From the NCBI GenBank assembly GCA_015491275.1, contig WFWF01000012.1, forward strand, positions 1-26,724: 26,724 nt of DNA. Reading direction: 5' to 3'. Shown here piece by piece: positions 5,707-13,559 of the stretch. This DNA comes from Aquificales bacterium (GTDB taxonomy: Bacteria > Aquificota > Aquificia > Aquificales > Aquificaceae). Every line of letters begins with the position of its first letter. Positions within the stretch are counted from its first letter, which is position 1. The translations under genes were made by a program, and so were the position numbers. The notes under the pieces were generated by a model. The model was given only the letters and a program-made list of their open reading frames with translations. It ran no database searches and had not been told where the DNA came from.

Positions 5707-7056
5707 ATGGAAAGGGTTATACTGTGTAGTGCTTCGGGAGATTTGGAGATAAGAGGTATTAAAAAATACGGAGAAGTACCCGAAGACATAAGCGAGCATG
5801 TTATCCTGCTTGATGTTGATACTCTCGGCTTATCTTCCGTGCCAGATATTATTGAGGACAATATCGTTATAGCTCTTACGGGTATTCAACTCCCGGGTTA
5901 TACCATGAAGTTAATGAGTATCGGATTCTTTGATGTTATAAATATTCCCGCTGATGAGGAAGAAATTGAGGAGAAGGTGATAGAAGCTTTAAGAATTCTT
6001 GAAGAAACAAGGGTTTACACATTAATATCCTCGGAAGATATACCGAAGGGTTATCTGTGTGAAGAGCTGTGTTCCATAGTCGGTAATCCTAAGAATATGG
6101 CGGAAGCCATAAGACTTGCAGGTAAAGCGGCTTCCCTTGATGTCCCTGTTCTTATAGCCGGAGAAAGCGGTACGGGTAAGGAGCTTTTTGCGCGGGCGAT
6201 ATGGAAGCTATCAAAGAGGTGGCAGGGACCTTTTGTTGCAATAAATTGTTCAACCATACCAGAAAATCTTTTTGAGGCTGAACTCTTCGGTTATGAAAAG
6301 GGTGCATTTACCGGGGCTGTATCGCGGAAAAAAGGATTAATTGAGGAAGCCAATCACGGCATCCTCTTCCTTGACGAGCTTGGAGACATGCCTCTATCGG
6401 TGCAGACGAAACTTTTAAGGGTTTTGCAGGAGAAGAAGATAAGGCGTGTAGGCGGAAAGGAAGAGATACCTGTTGATGTGAGAGTAATAGGGGCTACCAA
6501 TAGGGATCTTGAAGCGATGGTAAGAGAGGGTAAATTCAGAGAGGACCTATTTTTTAGGCTTAATGTTATAAATATATATTTACCACCCCTGAGGGAAAGA
6601 AAAGAAGATATACCTATATTGCTTGAGTGTATGATAAAGAAATTTTCAAGGGAATACAGTAAAAGGATAAAAGGCTACACAAGAGGATTTTTGGAAACAC
6701 TTCTTGAGTACAATTGGCCCGGAAATGTAAGAGAACTGGAGAATGTAGTTAAGAGAGCTATCGCGTTATCTTCAAAAAATATACTTTCTGCTAAGGATAT
6801 TCCCGATCTTAAGGAGATTCATTATTCCCATAGGGAAACAAAGGGTTGGAAGGATGCTTTAAGGGAAGAGATAAAGGTGAGGCTTTCAATAGGTGAGGTA
6901 GATATATATGATAAGGTAATGAATGAGGTTGAAAAATTGCTTATAGAAGAAGCTTTCAGATTTTCCGGTAATAATCAGCTTAGGGCATCAAAACTTTTAG
7001 GTATAAATCGCCTTACGCTCAGAAGAAAATTGGAAGCTATACATCAGAACTTGTAA
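5707..7056 (+). CDS. Sigma-54-dependent transcriptional activator (NtrC family) with an atypical receiver-like N-terminus
   Basis: Walker A GESGTGKE, intact GAFTGA, Walker B LFLDELGDM, RVIGATNRDL, YNWPGNVREL and Fis-type HTH NQLRASKLLGINRLTLRRKL. The ORF track starts at TTG 5680; ATG 5707 is preferred because 5660-5697 looks regulatory. The 3' end overlaps the convergent mtrB by 13 nt. Confidence 0.92.
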   Translation: MERVILCSASGDLEIRGIKKYGEVPEDISEHVILLDVDTLGLSSVPDIIEDNIVIALTGIQLPGYTMKLMSIGFFDVINIPADEEEIEEKVIEALRILEETRVYTLISSEDIPKGYLCEELCSIVGNPKNMAEAIRLAGKAASLDVPVLIAGESGTGKELFARAIWKLSKRWQGPFVAINCSTIPENLFEAELFGYEKGAFTGAVSRKKGLIEEANHGILFLDELGDMPLSVQTKLLRVLQEKKIRRVGGKEEIPVDVRVIGATNRDLEAMVREGKFREDLFFRLNVINIYLPPLRERKEDIPILLECMIKKFSREYSKRIKGYTRGFLETLLEYNWPGNVRELENVVKRAIALSSKNILSAKDIPDLKEIHYSHRETKGWKDALREEIKVRLSIGEVDIYDKVMNEVEKLLIEEAFRFSGNNQLRASKLLGINRLTLRRKLEAIHQNL

Positions 7057-9170
7057 GTGAGCTTGCTGTATATCATGGTAACATTGTAGTCAGGAATTAA
7101 AGCGCCACCTGTAAAGTAGTTACCGTCTTGTCCGTAAGCATAATTTTCAAACCCTTCTTTATTGTAATCCTTGAATCGGAAGGATTCCCAGAATACTCCG
7201 AGATCTACATGTAAGAACTTTCTTACCTTGTATTTGAAGTTAAGATTTAAAGTATGCCTTTCGGAATCATCAACAGTTGCTAAAACTGCAAAACCGGATG
7301 GCTTTATTGTTCCGTCTGTCATTGCGTAGGCGTATTTGAGATCCATATCAAGCTTTTGGGGGATAACCTTGAAATTCACACCAACTCCTAAGGTGCTGTC
7401 TTTATCAATTCCTTCAACTATCCAAGCCTTATTGGGATCCCTTTCTTCCCATCCTTTTTGTTTATTTCTAAATTCTTCATGTATATAATAAGCGTTTAGG
7501 GTAACCCTTTTTACTGGAACATAGTCCACGTCTATACCATAGATTATATGTGAGTCTTCAAGAAGACCAACGGGTGAGTTTACGAAGGAATCCCTACCCA
7601 CTATTATATGGGTTGTAATTATGAGCGGTTTTTCATAGGATCCTTCCTTACCAGTTGCCATTCCGAGATATTTCATGGGGAACATGGTTACTATAAGTTG
7701 CAGTCTGTCTCTGTCCCTGTCCGCTTCATCGTACTTCCAGTATTTATAAACTATGGGATCGTCAACCCTGTATCTGCCCCTTTGAACTGATCTTATATAG
7801 GAGGATCTTATATCAAGCCACTTCCAAGGTATCGGTTTTACATCAAGGTTAACTGTGTATATTCTGTCAACAGATCGTGTTACGACTCTAACGGTGGGTT
7901 TATAGTAATAAGAGGGATCAACCACCTCGTAAATTCTTCTATCTTTTCTATCAATCGTATATCCGAAGGATAATTTCATGGAGTCACTTATCCTGTATCC
8001 CATGTCAAGCCATGTTGTGTTTGTATTAAAGCTAAGTGGGAGATTAATTGCGGGTATTTCGTGCCATCTGACATCTATCTTGACATATCCCGGAAATACA
8101 ACTATGGCTGTTTTATTGTTCCAGTCATAAAATCGGTGACGGAATTTAATATCAAATCGCTTTAATGGTGTTGAAACCATTGTAAAATCATAAACTGTAG
8201 ATTCCACCTTCATCTTACCTGGTTCTGGCGGATCGGGAGGATTATTCTCATATTGTGTACCCGAGTAAGCATTTTGATTTATTGTGTATGGAAGCAGTTT
8301 GTCATTTTGGACAAATTCTCCCTTGGAGAAAACCGCCGTTATTTTTGTATCAAGGGGTAATTTCCACAGGTTTCCAGTAAAAGATATGTTATTGTGGGTT
8401 GTATTAGGGTATATATCAAGCAGTCCCCTTGGTGCCCCGTTCGATTCTGGATTATCCCACTTTAATTCTTGTATATTATTTTTGAATTCCGAGTAGTAAT
8501 AGCTGCTGTATAGTTGAAAGTTTTTCCAATTAAATACTGTAATAAATCTTATATCCGTAATATCATAGTCTATGGGTTCCGGGACCTCTATTACGCTGTG
8601 TCTTATACCGCTCGTCTGGACCGGATCAACGCCGAAATAGGACAAAACGCCGAAGGGTCTTGTACCTTTTCTCTTTTCATTTATAAACTCTATTCTGAAG
8701 TTAAGGAGTGGATCAAAGGCAACAATGTCAAAGTAAACCTTTAACCAATCTCTCATCAGACCCATATCTATATAAGAGATTCTTCCGTTATTCCATTTTA
8801 GGTCACCTGTTCCAACTCCTCTGAAACCAAACCTTACATTCTTTGAAAATAGATGAGGTACTTTGTCGTATATAACTTCAAGTTTGAACTGTCCTATTTT
8901 GTTAAAAAGAAGATGTATCTTTTGATCATTTAAACCTATGTTTGTAGCATCAAGCCTTACATCTATTTTTTCTTTCCATCTGAACTTCATCTTTACATCG
9001 CCTGTAAAACCGTCCCTTAAATCTCTGTATTCATTAAGCTTGGAGGAATCCTCATCTCCAGAAAGATTTCTGTATTCAACTCCTACACTGCCATCCAGGG
9101 TATTGTCCTGCGCCAATACTACACCTGCCCCCAAGCTCAGTAGGGCGGACATAAGTATGCTTTTTTTCAT
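7044..9170 (-). CDS. mtrB: MtrB/PioB-family outer-membrane beta-barrel porin
   Basis: 708 aa; signal peptide; N-terminal SSKLNEYRDLRDG and KYDEADRDRDRL motifs typical of MtrB/PioB; amphipathic beta strands; C-terminal YKF; directly downstream of an MtrA-like cytochrome. Confidence 0.85.
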   Translation of the reverse strand: MKKSILMSALLSLGAGVVLAQDNTLDGSVGVEYRNLSGDEDSSKLNEYRDLRDGFTGDVKMKFRWKEKIDVRLDATNIGLNDQKIHLLFNKIGQFKLEVIYDKVPHLFSKNVRFGFRGVGTGDLKWNNGRISYIDMGLMRDWLKVYFDIVAFDPLLNFRIEFINEKRKGTRPFGVLSYFGVDPVQTSGIRHSVIEVPEPIDYDITDIRFITVFNWKNFQLYSSYYYSEFKNNIQELKWDNPESNGAPRGLLDIYPNTTHNNISFTGNLWKLPLDTKITAVFSKGEFVQNDKLLPYTINQNAYSGTQYENNPPDPPEPGKMKVESTVYDFTMVSTPLKRFDIKFRHRFYDWNNKTAIVVFPGYVKIDVRWHEIPAINLPLSFNTNTTWLDMGYRISDSMKLSFGYTIDRKDRRIYEVVDPSYYYKPTVRVVTRSVDRIYTVNLDVKPIPWKWLDIRSSYIRSVQRGRYRVDDPIVYKYWKYDEADRDRDRLQLIVTMFPMKYLGMATGKEGSYEKPLIITTHIIVGRDSFVNSPVGLLEDSHIIYGIDVDYVPVKRVTLNAYYIHEEFRNKQKGWEERDPNKAWIVEGIDKDSTLGVGVNFKVIPQKLDMDLKYAYAMTDGTIKPSGFAVLATVDDSERHTLNLNFKYKVRKFLHVDLGVFWESFRFKDYNKEGFENYAYGQDGNYFTGGALIPDYNVTMIYSKLTYKF

Positions 9171-9181
9171 TCCATCCCTCC

Positions 9182-10273
9182 TTAACGCTGGAAGAATTTA
9201 CCCGATGGATGGTTACTGCCGTGAATCTGATTGTGACAGTTGAGGCAAGAACGATAGAACATTCTGTTATTGGAATGTGCATATATAGACTGGTGTAGTT
9301 TATCTTGAGGAATACCGAATTGCCTCGTCGGGTGTTCAAGATCAAAGTTAGGTGCACCGCCTATATTGTTTGCGTGGCAATCTGAACATCTTTTCGGGAT
9401 AATATCGGTTGCATGACATCTTTGACACAAGTATGGCACTTTTGCTATAAGTAACTTGTCGTGATTTGATCCGTGGGGTGTGTGGCAGTTTATACATTTT
9501 TCAACAACAGGTGGATGTTCCCAAAGGAAGGGACCCCTTTTCTCCGCGTGACATTGGTAACATTTTTCATTAATACGGTTAGCATTTAACAGTCTGTCTG
9601 AGACCGCACCGTGCGGATTGTGACAATCTGTACAAACTACCTTTCCTTCCCTTATGGGATGATGGGAGGGTTTTGCAACCTGTGCTTTTATTTGCTTGTG
9701 ACATTGGAAGCATACTTGGGGTATAGTTGGGAACTTAAGATGTTTGGGATTGTCTTGACCGTCGTAATGGATCCTGTGGCAGTTTGTACAGGCTAAACCC
9801 TTTTGTTCATGTATGCTACCGTGCCACATTATCCGCGGTAACCTTAAAGGAAACCTTGCGTGACATTGGAGACAAACTTCATTTTTAACTTCCACAGGTA
9901 TTGGAGATTCAGCAGCAGGATTTATAACACCGCCTATACCCCTTCCTCCGCCAGCTGCTACATGGGGTTTACCAGTTTTCCCCGGAAAGTGGCATGTTTC
10001 ACAATCAAACTTTGCCATGGGAGCTCTCGGATCTTCCCTGTTAAAGTGGGGACTTTTTATATACTCTTTGTATCTGTCAGGATGGCAATTAGCACACACT
10101 TCCGCTGCCAGGTGGGCATCTCCCTGAAAAGAGAAGACCATACCGAGATCCTTAATTATGGGGAGCCCGTCAGGAGCAACCTCAAGGTCTTGGGCTATGC
10201 TGTTATTATTTATAAGCAGAATGTAAACAGCGGTACCAACCAGTATTATTAAAAGAAAGGCAATCTTTTTCAT
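9182..10273 (-). CDS. mtrA: MtrA/DmsE-family multiheme c-type cytochrome with 11 CxxCH motifs
   Basis: CANCH, CETCH, CLQCH, CTNCH, CFQCH, CTDCH, CYQCH, CINCH, CQRCH, CSDCH, CLNCH; family motifs CYQCHAEKRGPFLWEHPPV and CLNCHNQIHGSNHPSG; N-terminal signal peptide. Confidence 0.88.
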   Translation of the reverse strand: MKKIAFLLIILVGTAVYILLINNNSIAQDLEVAPDGLPIIKDLGMVFSFQGDAHLAAEVCANCHPDRYKEYIKSPHFNREDPRAPMAKFDCETCHFPGKTGKPHVAAGGGRGIGGVINPAAESPIPVEVKNEVCLQCHARFPLRLPRIMWHGSIHEQKGLACTNCHRIHYDGQDNPKHLKFPTIPQVCFQCHKQIKAQVAKPSHHPIREGKVVCTDCHNPHGAVSDRLLNANRINEKCYQCHAEKRGPFLWEHPPVVEKCINCHTPHGSNHDKLLIAKVPYLCQRCHATDIIPKRCSDCHANNIGGAPNFDLEHPTRQFGIPQDKLHQSIYAHSNNRMFYRSCLNCHNQIHGSNHPSGKFFQR

Positions 10274-10335
10274 TTCCTACTCCCCTCTTTTGTTTGACAT
10301 CATAATTATATAATCTTTCTTTTACCCTCATGGTT

Positions 10336-11145
10336 TTAATTTTCCTTCTTTTTTTCTTTCGGTTTTACATGGCATCTTGTGCAATCAAATGTAGGAAATG
10401 CAACCTTTCCGTGGCATCTCCCGCACCACTTTCCCTGCCATATCTCCACCATGGAAATGGGGTTTGCCCCTGCGGAAGGTATAAATATCTTTGGATGGCA
10501 GTTGGCACAACCGAGCCAGAAAGTATGTATCCAGTGAGGGAAAACAACATCTTTCATGAAATCCGCCTTTGCTACTATTACCACATCCAAATCAAAGGGT
10601 TGTTCCGGTATGGCTTCTTGATCAGTAGGATATATTTTGCCTTTTGGCTTTATAAGACCCTCCTTTGCAGCTTTTGCCCAATCAATGAATCCGAGCTTAT
10701 CCCTCGGCAGTATTTTTAGAGCTTCATATTGTTCCCTTTGGGCTTTCTTAGAATCATACCTGTGACATCTGTCACAATAAATGGGCTCCCATGCTATTAC
10801 ACCATTGTGGCATTTTCCACAGAACTGCCCTTCCATTATCTTTTTCATATTTATATCATTTGCCCCCTTCTTCATAATAAATATGTCTTCGTGACATACT
10901 TTACATTTGAACCTTATCCTATGAAACCAGTGAGGGAATATAACTGGCTGAACTCCTGCCTTTTTCATACTTTCTATTTTGCTTTTCATTATTATGTCAC
11001 CGTATTCCGGGGGAAGGTCAGCCTTTTTTGCCTTTAAGATGTTGTAGTAAACGTCCCATATATCTTCCTCCCCTGGTGCAAAAGAAATTAGAACAATAAG
11101 TAAGAATAGGGGTCCCCCTACAAGGACCCCCAGCTTTCTAACCAT
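10336..11145 (-). CDS. Hexaheme cytochrome c with two c7-type triheme domains (paralog B)
   Basis: 269 aa; 6 CxxCH (CKVCH, CGKCH, CDRCH, CANCH, CGRCH, CTRCH); each domain has FPHWxH and a GAN/xxM Met-ligand-type segment; hydrophobic N-terminus. Confidence 0.88.
   Translation of the reverse strand: MVRKLGVLVGGPLFLLIVLISFAPGEEDIWDVYYNILKAKKADLPPEYGDIIMKSKIESMKKAGVQPVIFPHWFHRIRFKCKVCHEDIFIMKKGANDINMKKIMEGQFCGKCHNGVIAWEPIYCDRCHRYDSKKAQREQYEALKILPRDKLGFIDWAKAAKEGLIKPKGKIYPTDQEAIPEQPFDLDVVIVAKADFMKDVVFPHWIHTFWLGCANCHPKIFIPSAGANPISMVEIWQGKWCGRCHGKVAFPTFDCTRCHVKPKEKKKEN
10393..10434 (+). repeat. 42-nt exact repeat shared with 11217-11258 (paralogous cytochrome genes)
   Basis: AGGAAATGCAACCTTTCCGTGGCATCTCCCGCACCACTTTCC occurs at 10393-10434 and 11217-11258 and encodes GKWCGRCHGKVAFP in both paralogs. 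Confidence 0.85.
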
Positions 11146-12062
11146 TATTCCTGAGTTTTGTTTTCAGCAGCGGAGGTTTCCTTGGGCTTCACATGACATC
11201 TTGTACACTCAGTAAGAGGAAATGCAACCTTTCCGTGGCATCTCCCGCACCACTTTCCTTGGGCTATCTCTACCATTGTCATGGGATTCTTACCCCTTTC
11301 TGGTACAAAAATCTTTGGATGACAAACATCACATCTCAACCAGTAAGTATGTATCCAATGGGGAAATACTACATCATTGACATAATCACTTTTTGCCTCA
11401 ATAACTATATCAAGGTCCATTATAGGGAATTCCTCTTCATTGGGATCAAGAGTTCCCTTGGGGTTTATGTAACCTTCTTTTACCGCCTTTGCCCAATCAA
11501 CGAGACCGTATTTATCAACGGGAAGTCCCGCTTCCCTCAACACCTGAGGGTGCCAGTCTTGCCCTTCTTCGTAATACTGACTCGCAGGCTTGTTGGGATC
11601 ACCTGTTCCTGCAAGCTTCTTTGTTAAACCGCTTAGATATATGGGGTTGTTCGGGTCATTCGGGTCATATTTCTTACCTTTTTCTATCTTCACAACTTTT
11701 TTATCTTCATCGGGAGGTTCATATCTGTGACACCTGTCACAGTAAATAGGCTCCCATGCTATTACACCGTTGTGACATTTGCCGCAGAACTCTCCTTCCA
11801 TTATCGCTTTCATAGTAATATCATTTGCTCCCTTCTTGAGAATAAATATCTCTTCGTGGCACACCTTACACTTGAATCTTATCCTATGGAACCAGTGCGG
11901 GAACACTACGGGCTTTACACCTGCCTTTTTCATGCTTTCTATCTTGCTATCCAAAACAAGGTCACCGTATTCAAGATCCGTACTGCCGACAAAAGTAAAT
12001 GTACCTACTATGAGCGTTCCAAGAATTATTACAAAAAATATCATTGATTTCCCCAATTTCAT
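11145..12062 (-). CDS. Hexaheme cytochrome c with two c7-type triheme domains (paralog A)
   Basis: 305 aa; 6 CxxCH (CKVCH, CGKCH, CDRCH, CDVCH, CGRCH, CTRCH); SD GGAGGTGG; hydrophobic N-terminus; stop overlaps the next start (TAATG). Confidence 0.88.
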   Translation of the reverse strand: MKLGKSMIFFVIILGTLIVGTFTFVGSTDLEYGDLVLDSKIESMKKAGVKPVVFPHWFHRIRFKCKVCHEEIFILKKGANDITMKAIMEGEFCGKCHNGVIAWEPIYCDRCHRYEPPDEDKKVVKIEKGKKYDPNDPNNPIYLSGLTKKLAGTGDPNKPASQYYEEGQDWHPQVLREAGLPVDKYGLVDWAKAVKEGYINPKGTLDPNEEEFPIMDLDIVIEAKSDYVNDVVFPHWIHTYWLRCDVCHPKIFVPERGKNPMTMVEIAQGKWCGRCHGKVAFPLTECTRCHVKPKETSAAENKTQE

Positions 12063-12095
12063 CTCATACCACCTCCGTTCAAAATGCTCCTTTTT

Positions 12096-12124
12096 ATGAT
12101 ACAGATTAGTAACCTCTATGTCAA
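12096..12124 (-). promoter_or_regulatory. Sigma-70 promoter upstream of the hexaheme-hexaheme-mtrA-mtrB genes
   Basis: Minus strand TTGACA (12124-12119), 17-bp spacer, TATCAT (12101-12096). Confidence 0.75.
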
Positions 12125-12143
12125 TATCGGATTTAACATTTTT

Positions 12144-12473
12144 CTATTTACCCCTGTGACATCTATCACAGTGGAAGGCGGGCCAAGCCTTTACACCGTT
12201 ATGACATGCTCCGCATGCTTTACCTTCCATTATCTTTTTCATCGTTATCTTATTAGCCCCCAATTTTGGTTTGAAAAGCTGGTTGTGACAGGAGTTGCAC
12301 TTCATTGATTCCGCATGTAACTTGTGGGGAAACACCACGGGTTTCATTCCCGCCTTTGATCTGCTTTTAAACTCTCTCTTGAATATGATCACATCATGTT
12401 TAAAATCCTTGGTAAAAGAAAACATGGGCATCGTAAGAAGAAGAACGACTGCATAAACTGAAATCTTTACCAT
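12144..12473 (-). CDS. Small periplasmic c7-type triheme cytochrome
   Basis: 109 aa; signal peptide; FPHKLH; CNSCH, CGACH, CDRCH; homologous to the N-terminal domain of the hexaheme paralogs; SD AGGAGG. Confidence 0.88.
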   Translation of the reverse strand: MVKISVYAVVLLLTMPMFSFTKDFKHDVIIFKREFKSRSKAGMKPVVFPHKLHAESMKCNSCHNQLFKPKLGANKITMKKIMEGKACGACHNGVKAWPAFHCDRCHRGK

Positions 12474-12526
12474 TTCCTGACCTCCTTTACAGCCAAAATA
12501 TTCTACACAATAAAAGGTAGAAAGTG

Positions 12527-12535
12527 TGCTAAAAT
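12527..12535 (+). promoter_or_regulatory. Extended -10 promoter of hemE (near-leaderless)
   Basis: TG-C-TAAAAT ends 10 nt before the ATG at 12546; no SD. Confidence 0.55.
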
Positions 12536-12545
12536 CTTACCGCTC

Positions 12546-13559
12546 ATGGCAAGGAGGGATCTTCTGCTTAAAAGTATTCGTCAAGAGAAGATAGAGAGAT
12601 ATCCCGTTTGGCTTATGAGACAAGCGGGGAGATATATGCAAGCCTATAGGGAACTCAGGGAGCGTGAGAAGGACTTTTTGAGCTTTTGTAAAAATGTGGA
12701 TCTTGCAATAAAAGTTTCTCTTCTCCCTCTTGAGATACTTGATGTTGATGCAATCATAATATTCTCGGATATACTTGTACCCCTTGAGGCTATAGGTATA
12801 AAGGTAAAGTTTATAGAGGATAAAGGTCCTGTTCTTGAATGGGACGGTAATCCTGAAAGTCTGAAAAAGTTTAATGCTAAGGAAACGGAATTCGTATATG
12901 AAATTATAAAGGGAGTTAAAAGGGAGCAAGATGAGGTTCCTGTAATAGGCTTTGCGGGGGCACCTTACACCTTAGCCGCCTACGCCATTGAGGGACATGG
13001 GAGCAAAAATTTTAGGAAGGCGAAAACATATATGTGGGAAAGGGAAGAGGACTTTGGAAGTACCATGGAGATTATAACGGAGACGCTGAAAGTTTATATT
13101 GAAAATCAGATAAGGGCGGGAGCTGATATTATACAAGTTTTTGATAGTTGGTTGGATTCATTGCCCGTTGTTGATTTTGAAAGTATGGTTAAACCCTATT
13201 TGATAGAACTATTTTCCTATCTCAAAAAAAATTATGACACCCCCCTTATATACTTTTTCAGGGGGTCTTCCTCGTTCTTTGATAAGCTGAAAGGTATTCC
13301 TTGCGATGTTCTATCTGTTGATTGGTCCGTAGATATGGCGGAAATTATGAGAAGAACTGGAATAACATTGCAGGGAAATTTTGATCCGTCTCTTTTGTAT
13401 TCAAAGATGGAAGTAATAGAGAAAAAAGTGAATGATTTCCTTAACAGTTTACCGAGAAAAACTGGATATATATTTAATCTTGGTCACGGACTTGCCCCAG
13501 ATATGTCTCAGGAGAAGGTAAAATTTCTCGTTGATACGGTTAAATCCTTCAAATTATGA
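12546..13559 (+). CDS. hemE: Uroporphyrinogen decarboxylase
   Basis: PVWLMRQAGRYM, DAIIIFSDIL, IGFAGAPYTLAAY, IQVFDSW, LQGNFDP and IFNLGHG motifs. Confidence 0.96.
   Translation: MARRDLLLKSIRQEKIERYPVWLMRQAGRYMQAYRELREREKDFLSFCKNVDLAIKVSLLPLEILDVDAIIIFSDILVPLEAIGIKVKFIEDKGPVLEWDGNPESLKKFNAKETEFVYEIIKGVKREQDEVPVIGFAGAPYTLAAYAIEGHGSKNFRKAKTYMWEREEDFGSTMEIITETLKVYIENQIRAGADIIQVFDSWLDSLPVVDFESMVKPYLIELFSYLKKNYDTPLIYFFRGSSSFFDKLKGIPCDVLSVDWSVDMAEIMRRTGITLQGNFDPSLLYSKMEVIEKKVNDFLNSLPRKTGYIFNLGHGLAPDMSQEKVKFLVDTVKSFKL

Noticed and set aside
10274-10335. ATTATATAAT palindrome / TATAAT as an internal mtrAB promoter or FNR site
   Set aside because: No -35 or extended -10 at proper spacing and no TTGAT-N4-ATCAA match; AT-rich palindromes of this size are common here.
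11652-11669. Short tandem TCGGGTCAT x2
   Set aside because: It encodes a DPNDPN linker in the cytochrome; too short to suggest a contingency locus.
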